Shown here: piece after piece, positions 50,492-62,745 of the stretch | How the letters are laid out: every line of letters starts with the position of its first letter | How positions within the stretch are numbered: position 1 is the stretch's first letter | Source: Squalus acanthias | Taxonomy: Eukaryota | Length of the DNA stretch: 64,000 bases | Assembly: GCA_030390025.1 (NCBI GenBank) | Contig: CM059431.1 | Location: 126,234,001 to 126,298,000 of the forward strand | Reading direction: 5' to 3' | Notes under the pieces: generated by a model | What the model was told of the DNA's origin: nothing | The model's database searches: none | What the model saw: the letters and a program-made list of their open reading frames with translations, nothing else | Translations under genes and position numbers: made by a program

Positions 50492-52236
50492 ATTTGGATG
50501 ATCAGCCATGATCGCATTGAATGGCGGAGCAGGCTAGAGGGGCCGAATGGCCTACTCCTGCTCCTATCTTCTATGTTTCTGTATTTCTATGTATGGCAGA
50601 TGTCATTTAATGTGCAGTTAAGAAACCCCAAGCATGTTTCTATCCATGCAAGCATACCTGTAAAAAGAAACAGATCAGGCAAGAGACCTGTGGGTAATAG
50701 CTGATCATTCAGTGAAAGTGCACGAGCAGTATTAAATTGCTACAAGGAAAGCAAATAGGGTTTTAGTTTGCATTATTAAAACAATTGAATACAAAATGAA
50801 GAATACTACCATTAGGCTGTATAAGGTTCTGGTGTAATCACACTAGCATTATTAGGGTGGATTGTTCTATTTGTTGTGCCTGGGGAGTATCGATTTCTGA
50901 GATATTGTAGAGAAGAAAAAAGGGCAGAGACCATTATATCAGATCTCTGCCCTCAGTTCACTATCCCAGGATTTCCTAGGACTTTCCAAAATGAGATAAC
51001 TGGGCCTGCATCTGGAGTAAGTAAAGGCCCAGCATTGCAATGGAAATGATAGAGGAGCAGGCTTTCTTTGCCTCAAGCCTTTACTTTCCTGCTTGGCATA
51101 TTGTTGGGCCCTCCAACAGAAGGACACTTGAGAAAACCTAGCATTAGGGCTTGTGCCAAGACTCCTGTGAACTGAAGAGTCTGTGGGGATTTCAGGTGCA
51201 GGCTGTAGATCATAACAGAATCAAAAATCTTTGCTGAGAATGGGTTTACCACAAAAAATACACATTTTTAATCAGTGTCTAGTCCACCACCTGTGAGTAA
51301 CATGATTTTAAATAACTGAAAATGACTTTTAAAAACTTTACAGAACCATTTACTAGTTTCTTAGTAAATAAATATGTTTTAATATTTACAAACTTTTAAA
51401 AGGTGACTCTTAGTGCCCTTGTACCTAAACGAAATGATTAATTTTAAGACCTCCTCGAAGGCGCGCAAATGGGCGCAATTAGCGGAAACCCGCGACCTTT
51501 ACCACCTAGAAGGATAAGGGCAGCAGACGCATGGGAACACCATCACCTTCAAGTTCCCTTTCATGTCACACACCATCCTGACTTAGCAATATATCGCCAT
51601 TCCTTCATCATCGCTGGGTCAAAATCCTGGAACTCCCTCCCTAACAGCACTGTGGGAGTACCTTCACCACACGGACTGCAGTGGTTCAAGAAGGCGGCTC
51701 ACCACCACCTTCTCAAGGGCAACTAGGGATGGGCAATAAATGCTGGCCTTGCCAGCGACGCCCACATCCCATGAATGAATAAAAAAAATGTTCATTAATT
51801 TGATAAGGGGGCATGGCCGGTTTTGTGAGTGGAGCTGGATTCCAGCACGATGTTTTTTAAAACCACTTTAAATATCGCAGAAATTCAATTTACACTGGAC
51901 GTAACTTGCACTGAAAATTCCTCAATCTTTTGTGTTGGTTTGGCCGTTTTCGGGCAAATTAAACTCTGAGTTCTAGACGGTAGGTGGGTTGATGGGGATA
52001 GTGGTACCAGTCCCTACAGACTACTTCAGCTTGCTTCATTGTCTACTGGGGTGAGAGAGGAATGTTCCAAAATAATGTCCCTAAACTGTCCCCAAGTTTT
52101 TGTTCTCTGTTTTTCTTCTCACAAGATATTGTGTGGCTGCAGTGATTTAAAGGCATAAGCAGGTTGCACCATGTGGGATGCAATAAGCTTTATGAATCAG
52201 GTGGTCTTTTCCAGTCTTTTTTCATACGTTCGAATG

Positions 52237-53525
52237 TTAGAAACATAGGAACAGGATTAAGTTATTCAGTCCCTCGAGCCTGCTCCGCCATTCAATTAGA
52301 TCATGGCTGATCTGTATCTCAACTCCATTTCCATGATCCTTCATACGCTTACCGAACAAAAATCTATCAATCCAATTGACCCAGCATCCACAACCTTTTG
52401 CAGAAGAGAATTCCAGATTCCTACTACCCTTTGTGTGAAAAAGTGCTATCTGATTTCCCTCCTCATTAGTTTAGCTCTAATTTTAGGATTTTACCCCTCA
52501 TTCTTGTTTCCCCCACCAGAGGAAATAGTTTCTCTGTATCTTCCCTAACAAATCCTTTTAACATTTTGAACACCTCAATCAGATCAGCCCTCCGTCTTTT
52601 ATACTCAAGGGATTACAAACCAAGTTTATGTAACGTGTCCTCATAATTTAACCCTCTAAGTCTCAGTATCATTCTGGTGACTCTACGCGGCACCCCCTCC
52701 AAATCAATATATCTTTCCTGAGGTCCATTGTTCAAAACTGGATGCAGTACTCTAGATGGGGTCTGACCAAGGCTCAGTACAACTGAAGCATGACTTCCTC
52801 CCCTCTGTATTCCAGCCCCCATGTGATAAAGGCCAACATTCCATTAGGTTTTTTTGATTGCTTGTTTATCAGTCTACCAGCTTTAAATGATTTGTGTACT
52901 TGGATTCCTAAATTTATTTTTTCCTCTACAGAACCTAGCTTCTCACCATTTAGAAACCACTCTGATTTATCTTTTTTAGGTCCTAAGTGGATGACCTCTC
53001 ACTTCCCCACATTGAACTCCATCTACCATATTTTGCCCACTCAAATAATCTGCCTAAGTCCCTTTGCAACGTTCTGCTGACATCTGCACTGCTTACTGAC
53101 ACTAATTTTGTGTAATTTGCCAACTTGGATGTACAACTCTATTCCTTCATCCAAATCACTTACCAATATGATGAAAAGTTGAGGCTCCAGAACAGATCCC
53201 TGGGGAACACCACTTATCACATCCTGCCAATCTGCATTCATACTCTTTATTCCCACACTCTATCTCCTACCTCCCAACAATTTCCAACCCAAGTCAAGAA
53301 GCTACCTCCAATTGCTTTCTCATTTTTTCTAATATTTTAAGCAGAACCTTATCGAATGCCTTCTGGAAATTCATATAGATAATATCCATAGATACTCCCT
53401 TGTCTATCTTATTAGTGATCTCCTCAACTAGTTTTGCTGACAGACTTACCATTACAAAGCCATGCTGCTAGCTCTCTCTGATCAGCTCATATTTGTTAAA
53501 GCGCTCAGTCATTCTATCCCTGTTC
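52237..53525 (-). mobile_element. Degraded CR1 LINE 3' part
   Basis: Tail tagaaacatagg; ORFs 52613 and 53041 with GVPQGSVLEPQLF and LRGLNYEDTLHKLGL. Confidence 0.85.
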
Positions 53526-55070
53526 TTATGACAGGTTCAAAGAATTAGGATTATTTACTAAGAGAAACATCGGTTTCGAGGGGATATGATGAAGATTTTA
53601 AAAATAGTAATGGAATTCGGTATGGTAGGGGTGGTAGGACTTGAGCCTATAACATCCATAGGTAAAGATTTAGGTTAGATGCCAGGAAGCAACGTTCCCT
53701 TTAAGCTGCGCATTGGCGTGGCCATGCAGCCCAGGACCGACCTCTTCCAATGTTAAATTATGCGCATGCGCGAAACTGTAAAGGGACCATGTACCCAAAA
53801 AAAGATTAGGGGGAAAATTGCCAGGACGTATTTTGTTTTGCAGAATCATTGGCCCTGATAGTGACCTGAGTCCATGAAGAGAGCGGAGGGGGAGGATTTC
53901 CAGACGGAAACCCAGAAGTACGGGTTTCCTGGCCAACTTGCTGTAATTAACTGCAGAACGTTTTTTAAATTTTTCCAGTAGGTTTCCCGTCCAATAGCCA
54001 GTCTGATTGATAGGCTAGTTGCCTGTCGAGTGAGAAAGCAGCCAGGGAACTGATGCCAGGTAAGTAGGAGAAGGGGACGGCAGGTGTAGTTGGAGATTGC
54101 GGGGGTGCGGGAGTCATAGATTGGGAGCTGAGTGGTGACACAAATTGAGGGTGGGAAGAGTCAGAGTTAGGGGGTGGGAAGTTGGAGATTGGGGGTTGGG
54201 GGAGTGGTAGATTGGGGGTGGGGGAGTCAGAGATGGGAAGTGGGTGAGTCGGAGATGGGGAGCTGGGTGGAGTCATGGATTGGGGCTGGGGGAGTCAGAG
54301 ATCAGCGTGTGGGGGGAGTTGGAGATAAGGGGGTGGAGGGCGCTGGAGATCCTAGGGCTGTAGTCAGTGATCACAGAGGGTGGGAGGGGTCCGATTGAAG
54401 GTTGTGTAAAAAGATTAGCTTGTTGGTCCTGGAGGAAACACTTCTGCTCCTCTTCGACCACAAGCAGTGCTGTAAACGCATTTACCTCATGGATCCACCT
54501 CCTTTTACCTGCCGGGTTTCCCAAGCCCCAGAAAACCCAGCCTCCATCAGGAAAAAAATAAAAATCCCATTAAAATGGAGGTACGCAGCCTCCTTAAGAG
54601 CTTTTACTGACTGGTCTGCCTCCTGAGAACCGATTGGTCGCCTGTCCCCTCAACCTGCATCCATTAAAACTGGAGTGTCAGGTTTGGGTTATAGATTTTT
54701 TAGATTTTTATTTCCCAACCACCCCAACCCACTCGTCCTTGAGGGTTAAAGTTTCCCCAAATGTCATCTGGAACAATCTACCAAGACATGGTGAGTATAA
54801 ATTCACTACAGTCCTTTAGGACAACATGCAAAGTCACAAGCTTCTGAGAGAAGAGGTCAATCGCAGTTATTGGGGTAAATTGTTAGTTAGTTGAGATTGT
54901 TATGACTCTTGAGCATCCGCAACCTCCTAAAGCAAGCTTGATTGTCTTAGTGAGATAAAGGGGAATGTCCCAAAGATTTTTCTTGGATTAGCATCTTTTC
55001 AAATGTTCACATGAACAATTTGAATCCTACCAAGTTTTGGCCACATCGTCCTTCAGTTACAGTATCATGT

Positions 55071-55385
55071 AACAACAACAGCGCCGTTATATAGCACCAT
55101 TAACAAAGAAAAATTCCCAAGGGGCTTCACAGGCGTAATCAGACAAAAATCGACATTGAGACAAAGAAGGTGATATTAGGACTGGTAACTAAAAGCTTGG
55201 TCAAAGAGGGCATTAAAGGAGGAGAGGGAGGTGGAGACGAGGAGTGGTTTAGGGATGGAATTCCAGATCGTGGGGCTTAGAAAGCAATCCCCCTTCATTT
55301 AAAGGGGATGGAGAATGCAGAAAAGCCCAGAGTCAAAGAAACGGAGAGATTAGGGTGAGGTTGTAATACTGGAGGAAATTAGAGA
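55071..55385 (-). mobile_element. L2 LINE 3' end fragment
   Basis: (AAC)n tail followed by ttatatagcacc...aaaagcttggtcaaagagg...gaattccagatcgtgggg, typical of L2 3' ends as I recall them. Confidence 0.55.
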
Positions 55386-56388
55386 GTACGACCCAATATC
55401 ACTTGATATTTTCCAACCAGAACTCATGATTGCAGGCTAAGCCAATAGTGCACCAGATAAACTCATGTCTGTGCCATGGACAAGAGGGAGCAAAGACATG
55501 GGGCCATACTCGGGGGAATCAACCAAAATGGGAGAGAGTAAAGGTTCTGTTGGAAACAAGGGCATCATAGGTAAACATGTGGGAGCGGTTAAGCAGATCA
55601 ACAGCGGCAGACGTATTGTGGTGAATTAAGGGCCAAAGGCTAGGCAGTTGTGGTACAAGTTTCATCTCTGCATCTTTCTGAACCGTGACAGGTAATTGTT
55701 AATCAATGTATGAGCTTACTTATTTTATCTGGCAAACAAGCTCAACTGAGTTATTCATAGATGTATTATTTCTTTGCTATCAAGGAGAGAGTGAATGTGA
55801 ATCTGGTCAATTCAACACCTCTTTAATTGTGCTGTGATGACATATAGGGGTAGATTTTAAACTTTGGGCAGCTGAAAAAGCAAAGCACGCCGTCCGTCCG
55901 CCTATTCTGGCAGCGAAGAGGCTGAGGCCATTTAAATAGAACCGGAGATCTGCCCGTCCCAAATGGATGCAGCTTATCGGAATCGAGCTGGCTGCAAGGT
56001 AGGTCCCAAGGGAATTCACGGTCACGGAGGGCGGCATTATTTTTGTGGAGCCTGGAGGGGAATTCTTGCTCCACCTGGCCCTACAAAAATAATTGAATAC
56101 TTTTGTTTTTGGTGCCTCTTCGGTGGTACCATCAGTAAAAGTGGTCATAGAGTGCATTGCGCATACTCTGACCAGTTCTTTGCTAAAATGCACATCATTA
56201 GACACCTATTTGCCTATTAAAAAGTGCTACTGCCTGAAAGAGGTGGAAGTTTCGGCAACACAATGCTAGGCCCCTGTAACACATACCAAAATATGGTGGT
56301 AATTCTACTGAACCCATTTGAGGCCTTTACACAACCCGATCATGCCACTTTTGCCAAATTTAAAATCGGCCACATAGACCTACAACAC

Positions 56389-56886
56389 AAAAGCAAAATA
56401 CTGCGGATGCTGGAAATCTGAAATAAAAACAGAAAATGCTGGAAATATTCAGCAGGTCAGGCAGCATCTGTGGAAAGAGAAATAGAGTTAACGTTTTGGG
56501 TCAATGACCCTTCGCCAGAACTGGAAAAAGTTGGAGATGGAACAGGTTTTTAAGCAAGTGCAGGGGCAGGGAAAGGGGGGAGGGGAGGAAAGAACAAAAG
56601 GGAAGGTCTGTGATAGGATGGAAGGCAGCTGTCTTTCATTCTGCCAGTGCCATTTACATTTCATCGAGAGCCATCTTTTGTTTCTTAACTTGTCCCATTA
56701 CCATCTCCTTTTGCCTTGCACCATCATCCCTTTTGTCTCTTAATCTTTCCTGCCTTCCATCCTATCACAGACCTTCCCTTTTGTTCTTTCCTCCCCTCCC
56801 CCCTTTCTCTGCCCCTACATTTGCTTAAAAACCTGTTCCATCTCCAGCTTTTTCCAGTTCTGACGAAGGATCATCGACCCGAAACG
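56389..56886. mobile_element. Second Penelope family: short terminal-repeat insertion with inverted arms and hammerhead remnants
   Basis: 14-bp TSD TAGACCTACAACAC (56375-56388, 56887-56900); inverted arms 56491-56628 / 56750-56887; CTGACGA...GAAAC at 56860-56885. Confidence 0.8.
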
Positions 56887-57235
56887 TAGACCTACAACAC
56901 TGTAGATTTTTCCACAAGAAATTCTCATAAGAAAGTATCATATTACAAAAGTATTGACTTTGCACACTGTGTTTTTACATTGTTTGAAATGTCACATCAT
57001 TGAAACAAGCACTAAAGCATTCCAGCTTCTCAATGAGTAATCTTGTCGGCAACCTAGCAGGGCAAGTGCTGCTGACATCAATTATCTTGTTGCAGCTCCT
57101 ATATACTCCTACAGGGTTAAATGGTTTTATTTGTAATGTTCAAGTGGAAATAATTGTCATCTGGCTTGTAATGTTGTACCCTTGATACTTGGGTAACTGA
57201 GCAAGATTTTGCAGAAAAGAAGTGGCAGAGTCATA

Positions 57236-57809
57236 GGGGGAAAAATTGGGTTGCTTTGTGCCTCCCGTTAGCGCCCGAAGAGGGCGCAAAGCAACTAGCG
57301 TCCGGGCACGGTGCCGCCCACACCTCCCGTGAAATTCAGCGAGAGGTTAGCGGCGGCGCTAATCGGTAGCACCCCGAGGCGCTGTGCTGCCGGTGATGAC
57401 GTCATCGCCGTGCGCAGCACCCCGCTAACGCCCCGGCTGCGATCTTCGGGAGCGCCCCCTGACTTACTGCCAGACGCTATGTCCGACGGGGTCGGGGGGC
57501 CTACCTGTGGCCGGGGAGGCGTAATTTAAAGGCAAGGTGCGGGGCGGCCATTTTTGTTGCTGGCCGCCTGCCAGCACCTGCCTGCGCTCCCGTCCCCAAC
57601 CTCCTGAACGGCCCCCACCCGCGGAGTGCCGGCTGCGCTCCAAGAGACAGACACTTCTCTTGAGTGCCGGGCTCTTTTGCCGGCACTGTCGATCCCTGGG
57701 TGCCCAGCTGGGCCCCTGGTCGCGCTGCGCAAGACACCGCCCCTTTAAGAAGGGAAGGAAGGCCTGCAATACCGCGACGCGATGTGCCACAGCACTTAAT
57801 TTTTAACCC
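57236..57809. mobile_element. CpG-rich Harbinger-type MITE inserted in a CR1 tail repeat
   Basis: Termini gggggaaaaatt / aatttttaaccc; TSD ATA (57233-57235, 57810-57812); gagtcata unit on both sides. Confidence 0.75.
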
Positions 57810-60638
57810 ATAGAGTCATAACGACACAGGAGGAGGCCATTCGGCCCATCGAGTCTGCACTGGCTCTCTGCAGAGCAATCCAGTCAGTTCCATTCCCCCG
57901 CTCAATCCCCGTACCATTGCAAGTTTATTTCCCTCAAGCCTATGCAGTCTCCCCTTGAAAACATTGCGTGTCTGCACTTCCACCACTTCCGTCAGCAGCG
58001 ACTTCCAGGTCCTCACCACTCGCTGCGTAAAAAAGCTTTTCCTCACTTCCCCACTGTATCTCTTGCCCAAAACCTTAAATCTGTGCCCCCTAGTCCTTGT
58101 ACCATCAACTAGTGGGAACAGCCTTTCCCCGTCTAGCCTGTTCAAACCCGTCATAATCTTGTACACCTCGATCAAATCACCCCTCAACCTCCTTTGCTCT
58201 AATGAAAACAAATCCAGCTTCTTCAACCTGTCCTTGTAGCTAAGATCTCCCATCCCCGGAACCATTCTGGTAAATCTCCTCTGCACCCTCTCAAGTGCCT
58301 TCACATCCTTCCTAAAATGTGGTGACCAGAACTGGACACAATACTCCAGTTGTGGCCTAACCAGCGCTTTATAAAGGTTCAGCATAACCTCTCTACTTTT
58401 GTACTCAATACCTCTATTTATCATGCCCAAGTTCCCATATGCTTTGCTAACCATTCTCTCAATATGTCCTGCCAGCTTCAGGGACCTATGCACATTAACT
58501 CCCAGGTCCCTCTGTCCCTGCACACTCTTTAAAACTGTGCCATTAAGTGTATATTGCCTCTCCCTGTTCCTTCTGCCAAAATGCATCACCTCACACTTCT
58601 CTGTATTAAATTCCATCTGCCACTTGTCTGCCCATTCTGCTTGCCTTTCTATGACTTGTTGCAGTCGATTGGTATAATCCTCACTGTTTGCCATACCCCC
58701 AAGTTTGGTGTCATCGGCAAATTTAGAAATTCTACTCTGTATTCCAATATCCAGGTCATTTATACATATCAAAAAAAGCAGTGGCCCCAGCACTGACCCT
58801 TGGGGAACACCACTGTCTACCATCCTCCAGTCTGAAAAACAGCCATTTACCACAACTCGCTGATTTCTGTCCTTAAGCCAATTCCTTATCCACGCTGCCA
58901 CTGACCCACCTATTCCATGAGCCTCAATTTTGTTAACCAGCCTTCTATGTGGTACTTTGTCAAACGCCTTCCATGTAGAAATCTTCCATTGCATTCCCTT
59001 CATCAATCCTCCCTGTTACTTCATCAAAAAATTCAATTAGATTAGTCAAACACGATCTGCCTTTTACAAATCCATGTTGGCTCTCCTTAATTAGCTTAAA
59101 CCTCTCCAAGTGCCCGTTAATTTTTTCCTTGATTATTGTTTCTAAAACTTTACCCACCACTGATGTTAAACAGATCGGCCTGTAGTTACTAGAATTGTCC
59201 TTACACCCTTTCTTGAACAATGGTGTCACATTTGCCACTTTCCAATCCTCAGGCACCTCCCCTGCATCTAGGGAAGATTGGAAAATTATGGCAAGCCCTT
59301 CTGCTATCTCCTCCCCCAATTCCCTTAGCAACCTGGGATGCAAGCCATCTGGACCAAGTGACTTATCCACATTAAGCATACCCAGCCTTTCTAGTACATC
59401 CTGTCTATCAATTTTCACCCCTTCCATTGCTTCTACCATTTCCACTTCTACCGATATTTTGTCAGCATCCACCTCCTTAATAAACACCGATACAAAGTAC
59501 ACATTGAGTATTCTAGCCTTGCCCTGCGCCTCTAAGCATATAGCACCTTCTTTGTCTCTAATAGGCCCCACCCTGCCTCTTACTCCTGTTTACATGCTGG
59601 TAGAAGATTTTTGGGTTCCCTTTTACATTAACCACCATTCTACTCTCATATTCTCTCTTTGCCAATCTTATTTTCATCTTCACTTGCCCTCTCAACTTAT
59701 TATATTTGGTCTGGTTCTCCCTTGAAGAATTCACCTGACATTCATCATACACCCACTTTTTTTGTTCCAACATCTTCTCTATCTCCCTCGTCATCCAAGG
59801 AGCCCTTGCTTTGGTTCCTTTATCCTTCCCTCTTGTTGGAATGTACCTAGCCTGTACTTGGAACATCTCCTCCTTAAAGATCACCCATTGTTCTGTTACA
59901 GTTTTCATTGTCAGTCTTTGGTTCCATTTTACCCTGGCTAGATCCTTTCGCATCCCATTGAAGTTAGCCCTATTCCAGTTTAGAAGTTGCACACTAGATT
60001 GTGCCTTGCTCCTCTCCATTGCTAATCTCAATCTTATGATACGATGATCACTCGTACCCAATTGTTCTCCCACAGACACTTGGTCGACCTGGCCCACCTC
60101 ATTCCCCAGCACCAGATCCAGCAATGCCTCCTTCCTAGTTGGGCCAAGAGCATACTGGTCAAGGAAATTCTCCTGAACACATTTTAGAAATTCCTTCCCT
60201 CCTTTCCCTTTACGCAAGCATTATCCCAATCGATATTTGGGTAATAATTAAAGTCCCCCAATATCACCACTCTATAGCTCTTGCATATCTCTGCGATTTC
60301 CCTGCAGATTTGCTCCTCTACCTCCCTCTCACAATTTGGAGGCCTGTAGAAAACCTCCAATAGCGTGATCATACCCTTTTCGCTCCTCAACTCTAACCAA
60401 ATGGATTCTGTCCTTGTCCCCTCAAGAACATCCTCCCTTTCCAACACTACAATTTCTTCCTTAATCAGCTATGCCTCCCCACCTCCCTTTTTTCCTTCCC
60501 TATCTTTTCTGAACACCTTTTACCCTTGAATATTAAGTGCCCAGTCCTCACCGTTTTTAAGCCATGTTTCTGTTATTGTCACAACATCATATTGCCACAC
60601 GCCTAATTGTGCTTGCAGCTCACCAACCTTATTCACCA
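57810..60638 (-). mobile_element. CR1 LINE ORF2 (APE + RT), frameshifted; its 5' end resumes at 61791-61830
   Basis: ORFs 60184, 59558, 58960 and 57816 with YRPPN, GDFN, SDH, NYRPICLTS, VPQGSVLGP, FADDTKL. Confidence 0.95.
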
Positions 60639-61790
60639 TAGAGTACATAGAGTTCATAGAGTTATACAGCACAGAAAGAGGCCCTTCGGCCCATTGTGTC
60701 CGCGCCGGCCATCAAGCCCTGTCTATTCTAATCCCATTTTCCAGCACTTGGTCCATAGCCTTGTATGCTATGGCGTTTCAAGTGCTCATCTAAATGCTTC
60801 TTGAATGTTGTGAGGGTTCCTGCCTCTACCACCCTTTCAGGCAGTGAGTTCCAGATTCCAACCACCCTCTGGGTGAAAAAGTTTTTCCTCAAATCCCCTC
60901 TAAACCTCCTGCCCCTTACCTTGAAACTATGCCCCCTGATTATTGACCCCTCTACTAAGAGGAAAAGTTCCTTTCTATCTATCCTATCTATGCCCCTCAT
61001 AATTTTGTACACCTCAATCAGGTCCCCCCTCAGCCTTCTCTGCTCCAAAGAAAACAACCCCAGCCTGTCCAGTCTCTCCTCATAGCTGAAGCGCTCCAGC
61101 CCAGGTAACATCCTGGTGAATCTCCTCTGTACCCTCTCCAATGCAGTCACATCCTTCCTATAGTGTGGCGACCAGAACTGCACACAGTATTCCAGCTGTG
61201 GCCTAACTAGCATTTTGTACAGCTCCATCATAACCTCCCTGCTCTTATATTCTATGCCTCGGCTAATGAAGGCAAGTATCCCATATGCCTTTTTAACCAC
61301 CTTATCTACATGTCCTGCTGCCTTCAGGGATCTATGTACATGCACACCAAGGTCCCTCTGATCCTCTGTCCTTCCTAGGGTCCTACCATTCATTGTGTAT
61401 TCCCTTGCCTTGTTAGTCCTCCCAAAATGCATCACCTCACACTTTTCAGGGTTAAATTCCATTTGCCACTGTTCTGCCCATCTAACCATCCCGTCTATAT
61501 CGTCCTGTAGCCTGAGGCTTCCCTCCTCACTATTTACCACTCCACCAATTTTCATGTCATCTGCGAACTTACTGATCATACCTCCTACGTTCATATCTAA
61601 ATCATTAATGTACACTACAAACAGCAAAGGACCCAGCACCGATCCCTGCGGTACACCACTGGACACAGGCTTCCAGTCACAAAAACAACCTTCGACCATC
61701 ACCCTCTGCCTCCTGCCACTAAGCCAATTTTAGATCCAATGTGCCAAATTGCCCTGGATCCCATGGGCTCTTACCTTCTTGACCAGTCTC
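60639..61790 (-). mobile_element. 5'-truncated CR1 LINE (RT C-terminal half) nested in the previous CR1
   Basis: 324-aa ORF 60728..61702 with VPQGSVLGP, FADDMKI, RPQLEYCVQFWSP; catagagt-type tail; CCA at both junctions. Confidence 0.93.
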
Positions 61791-62026
61791 CCACACTTTG
61801 TGTGTTTACGTACATGCATTCTAATGTTAACATCATGCTTCTATTTGATAAAATAGGCCAACATGGGGAATAAATAGGAGGAATAACCTAATTTCAGGCT
61901 TGATTCAATACATTTAGCAACATCTCTTGAATAGTTGCCCTCGTCTGATCATGCTTGAATAGCACCATGTGCATTGTAGGAAACTTTGTGGATGAATAAA
62001 AATTAAGGCCTATAAATTTGCCCATG

Positions 62027-62745
62027 CATTGTCCATTTTGCAGGCGCTACTAAGCCCCCAACATGGCGGGCAGAGAGCATGTGCACATTTCTGATTGGAG
62101 GTGCACTGCCCAACATATTGGGCATAAAGGACAAAAATGGTTGTGCAGTGCCCGCGCCTGAAACAGACTTTTATCCGTTGCAAATAAGGAGCCTAATGCA
62201 TGTTTGAGGCCCCCCACTGTAAGATTGGTTTTCCCTGAGGCAGCTGATGCCAGTGCCGGCTGCACTCAGGAAAACCATGCCTTCAGACAGCCCGTTACCA
62301 ACAAGGTAAGTTCTTCAAATATACTGACCTGTATGTGGTCTGGAGTGCTCCTCCCGGCCCCACATTTAAAGAACGCTCCCCTCACCAACCCCACCCCTCC
62401 AACCCCCGCTCTGGATCGCCGCCGCTCCCCCGACCTGACTTCCAATCTCCCTCACAGACCTCCATTACCCACCCCCCCCGGCCTCCGTTACCCCTGACCC
62501 GACTATCGGTACCCCTCTCTGGCCCCACTCTTTCCCCTCTGCCCACCCCCCCGCCTCCATTGCTTTCCCACAGCTACACTTAACTGAGGGCATCTGTGAT
62601 ACTAGCAGCAGCCTGATCTTCATTGACTCTGTGACAGCTTGATGAAAATGAAGCCTGACGCCCAATATCGGGGGCGACTCCAGCCTCACTATTCAGGCGC
62701 AGGGAATGGAATGCCCAAAAATGTTTGCGCCCGTATTTCTACCCT
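62027..62745. mobile_element. Harbinger-type MITE, degraded
   Basis: Termini ggcctataaattt / tatttctaccc; C-rich core; ggagtgctcctcccggcccc motif shared with other MITEs. Confidence 0.55.

Larger units (their letters stand above)
46956..50592 (+). mobile_element. Near full-length CR1 LINE (ORF1 esterase part + ORF2), nested in an older CR1
   Basis: ORF1 and ORF2 remnants; tail ctatgtttctgtatttctatg; flanks gatgggtgaatgggc...tggcagatgtcatttaatgt continue an older CR1 RT. Confidence 0.95.
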
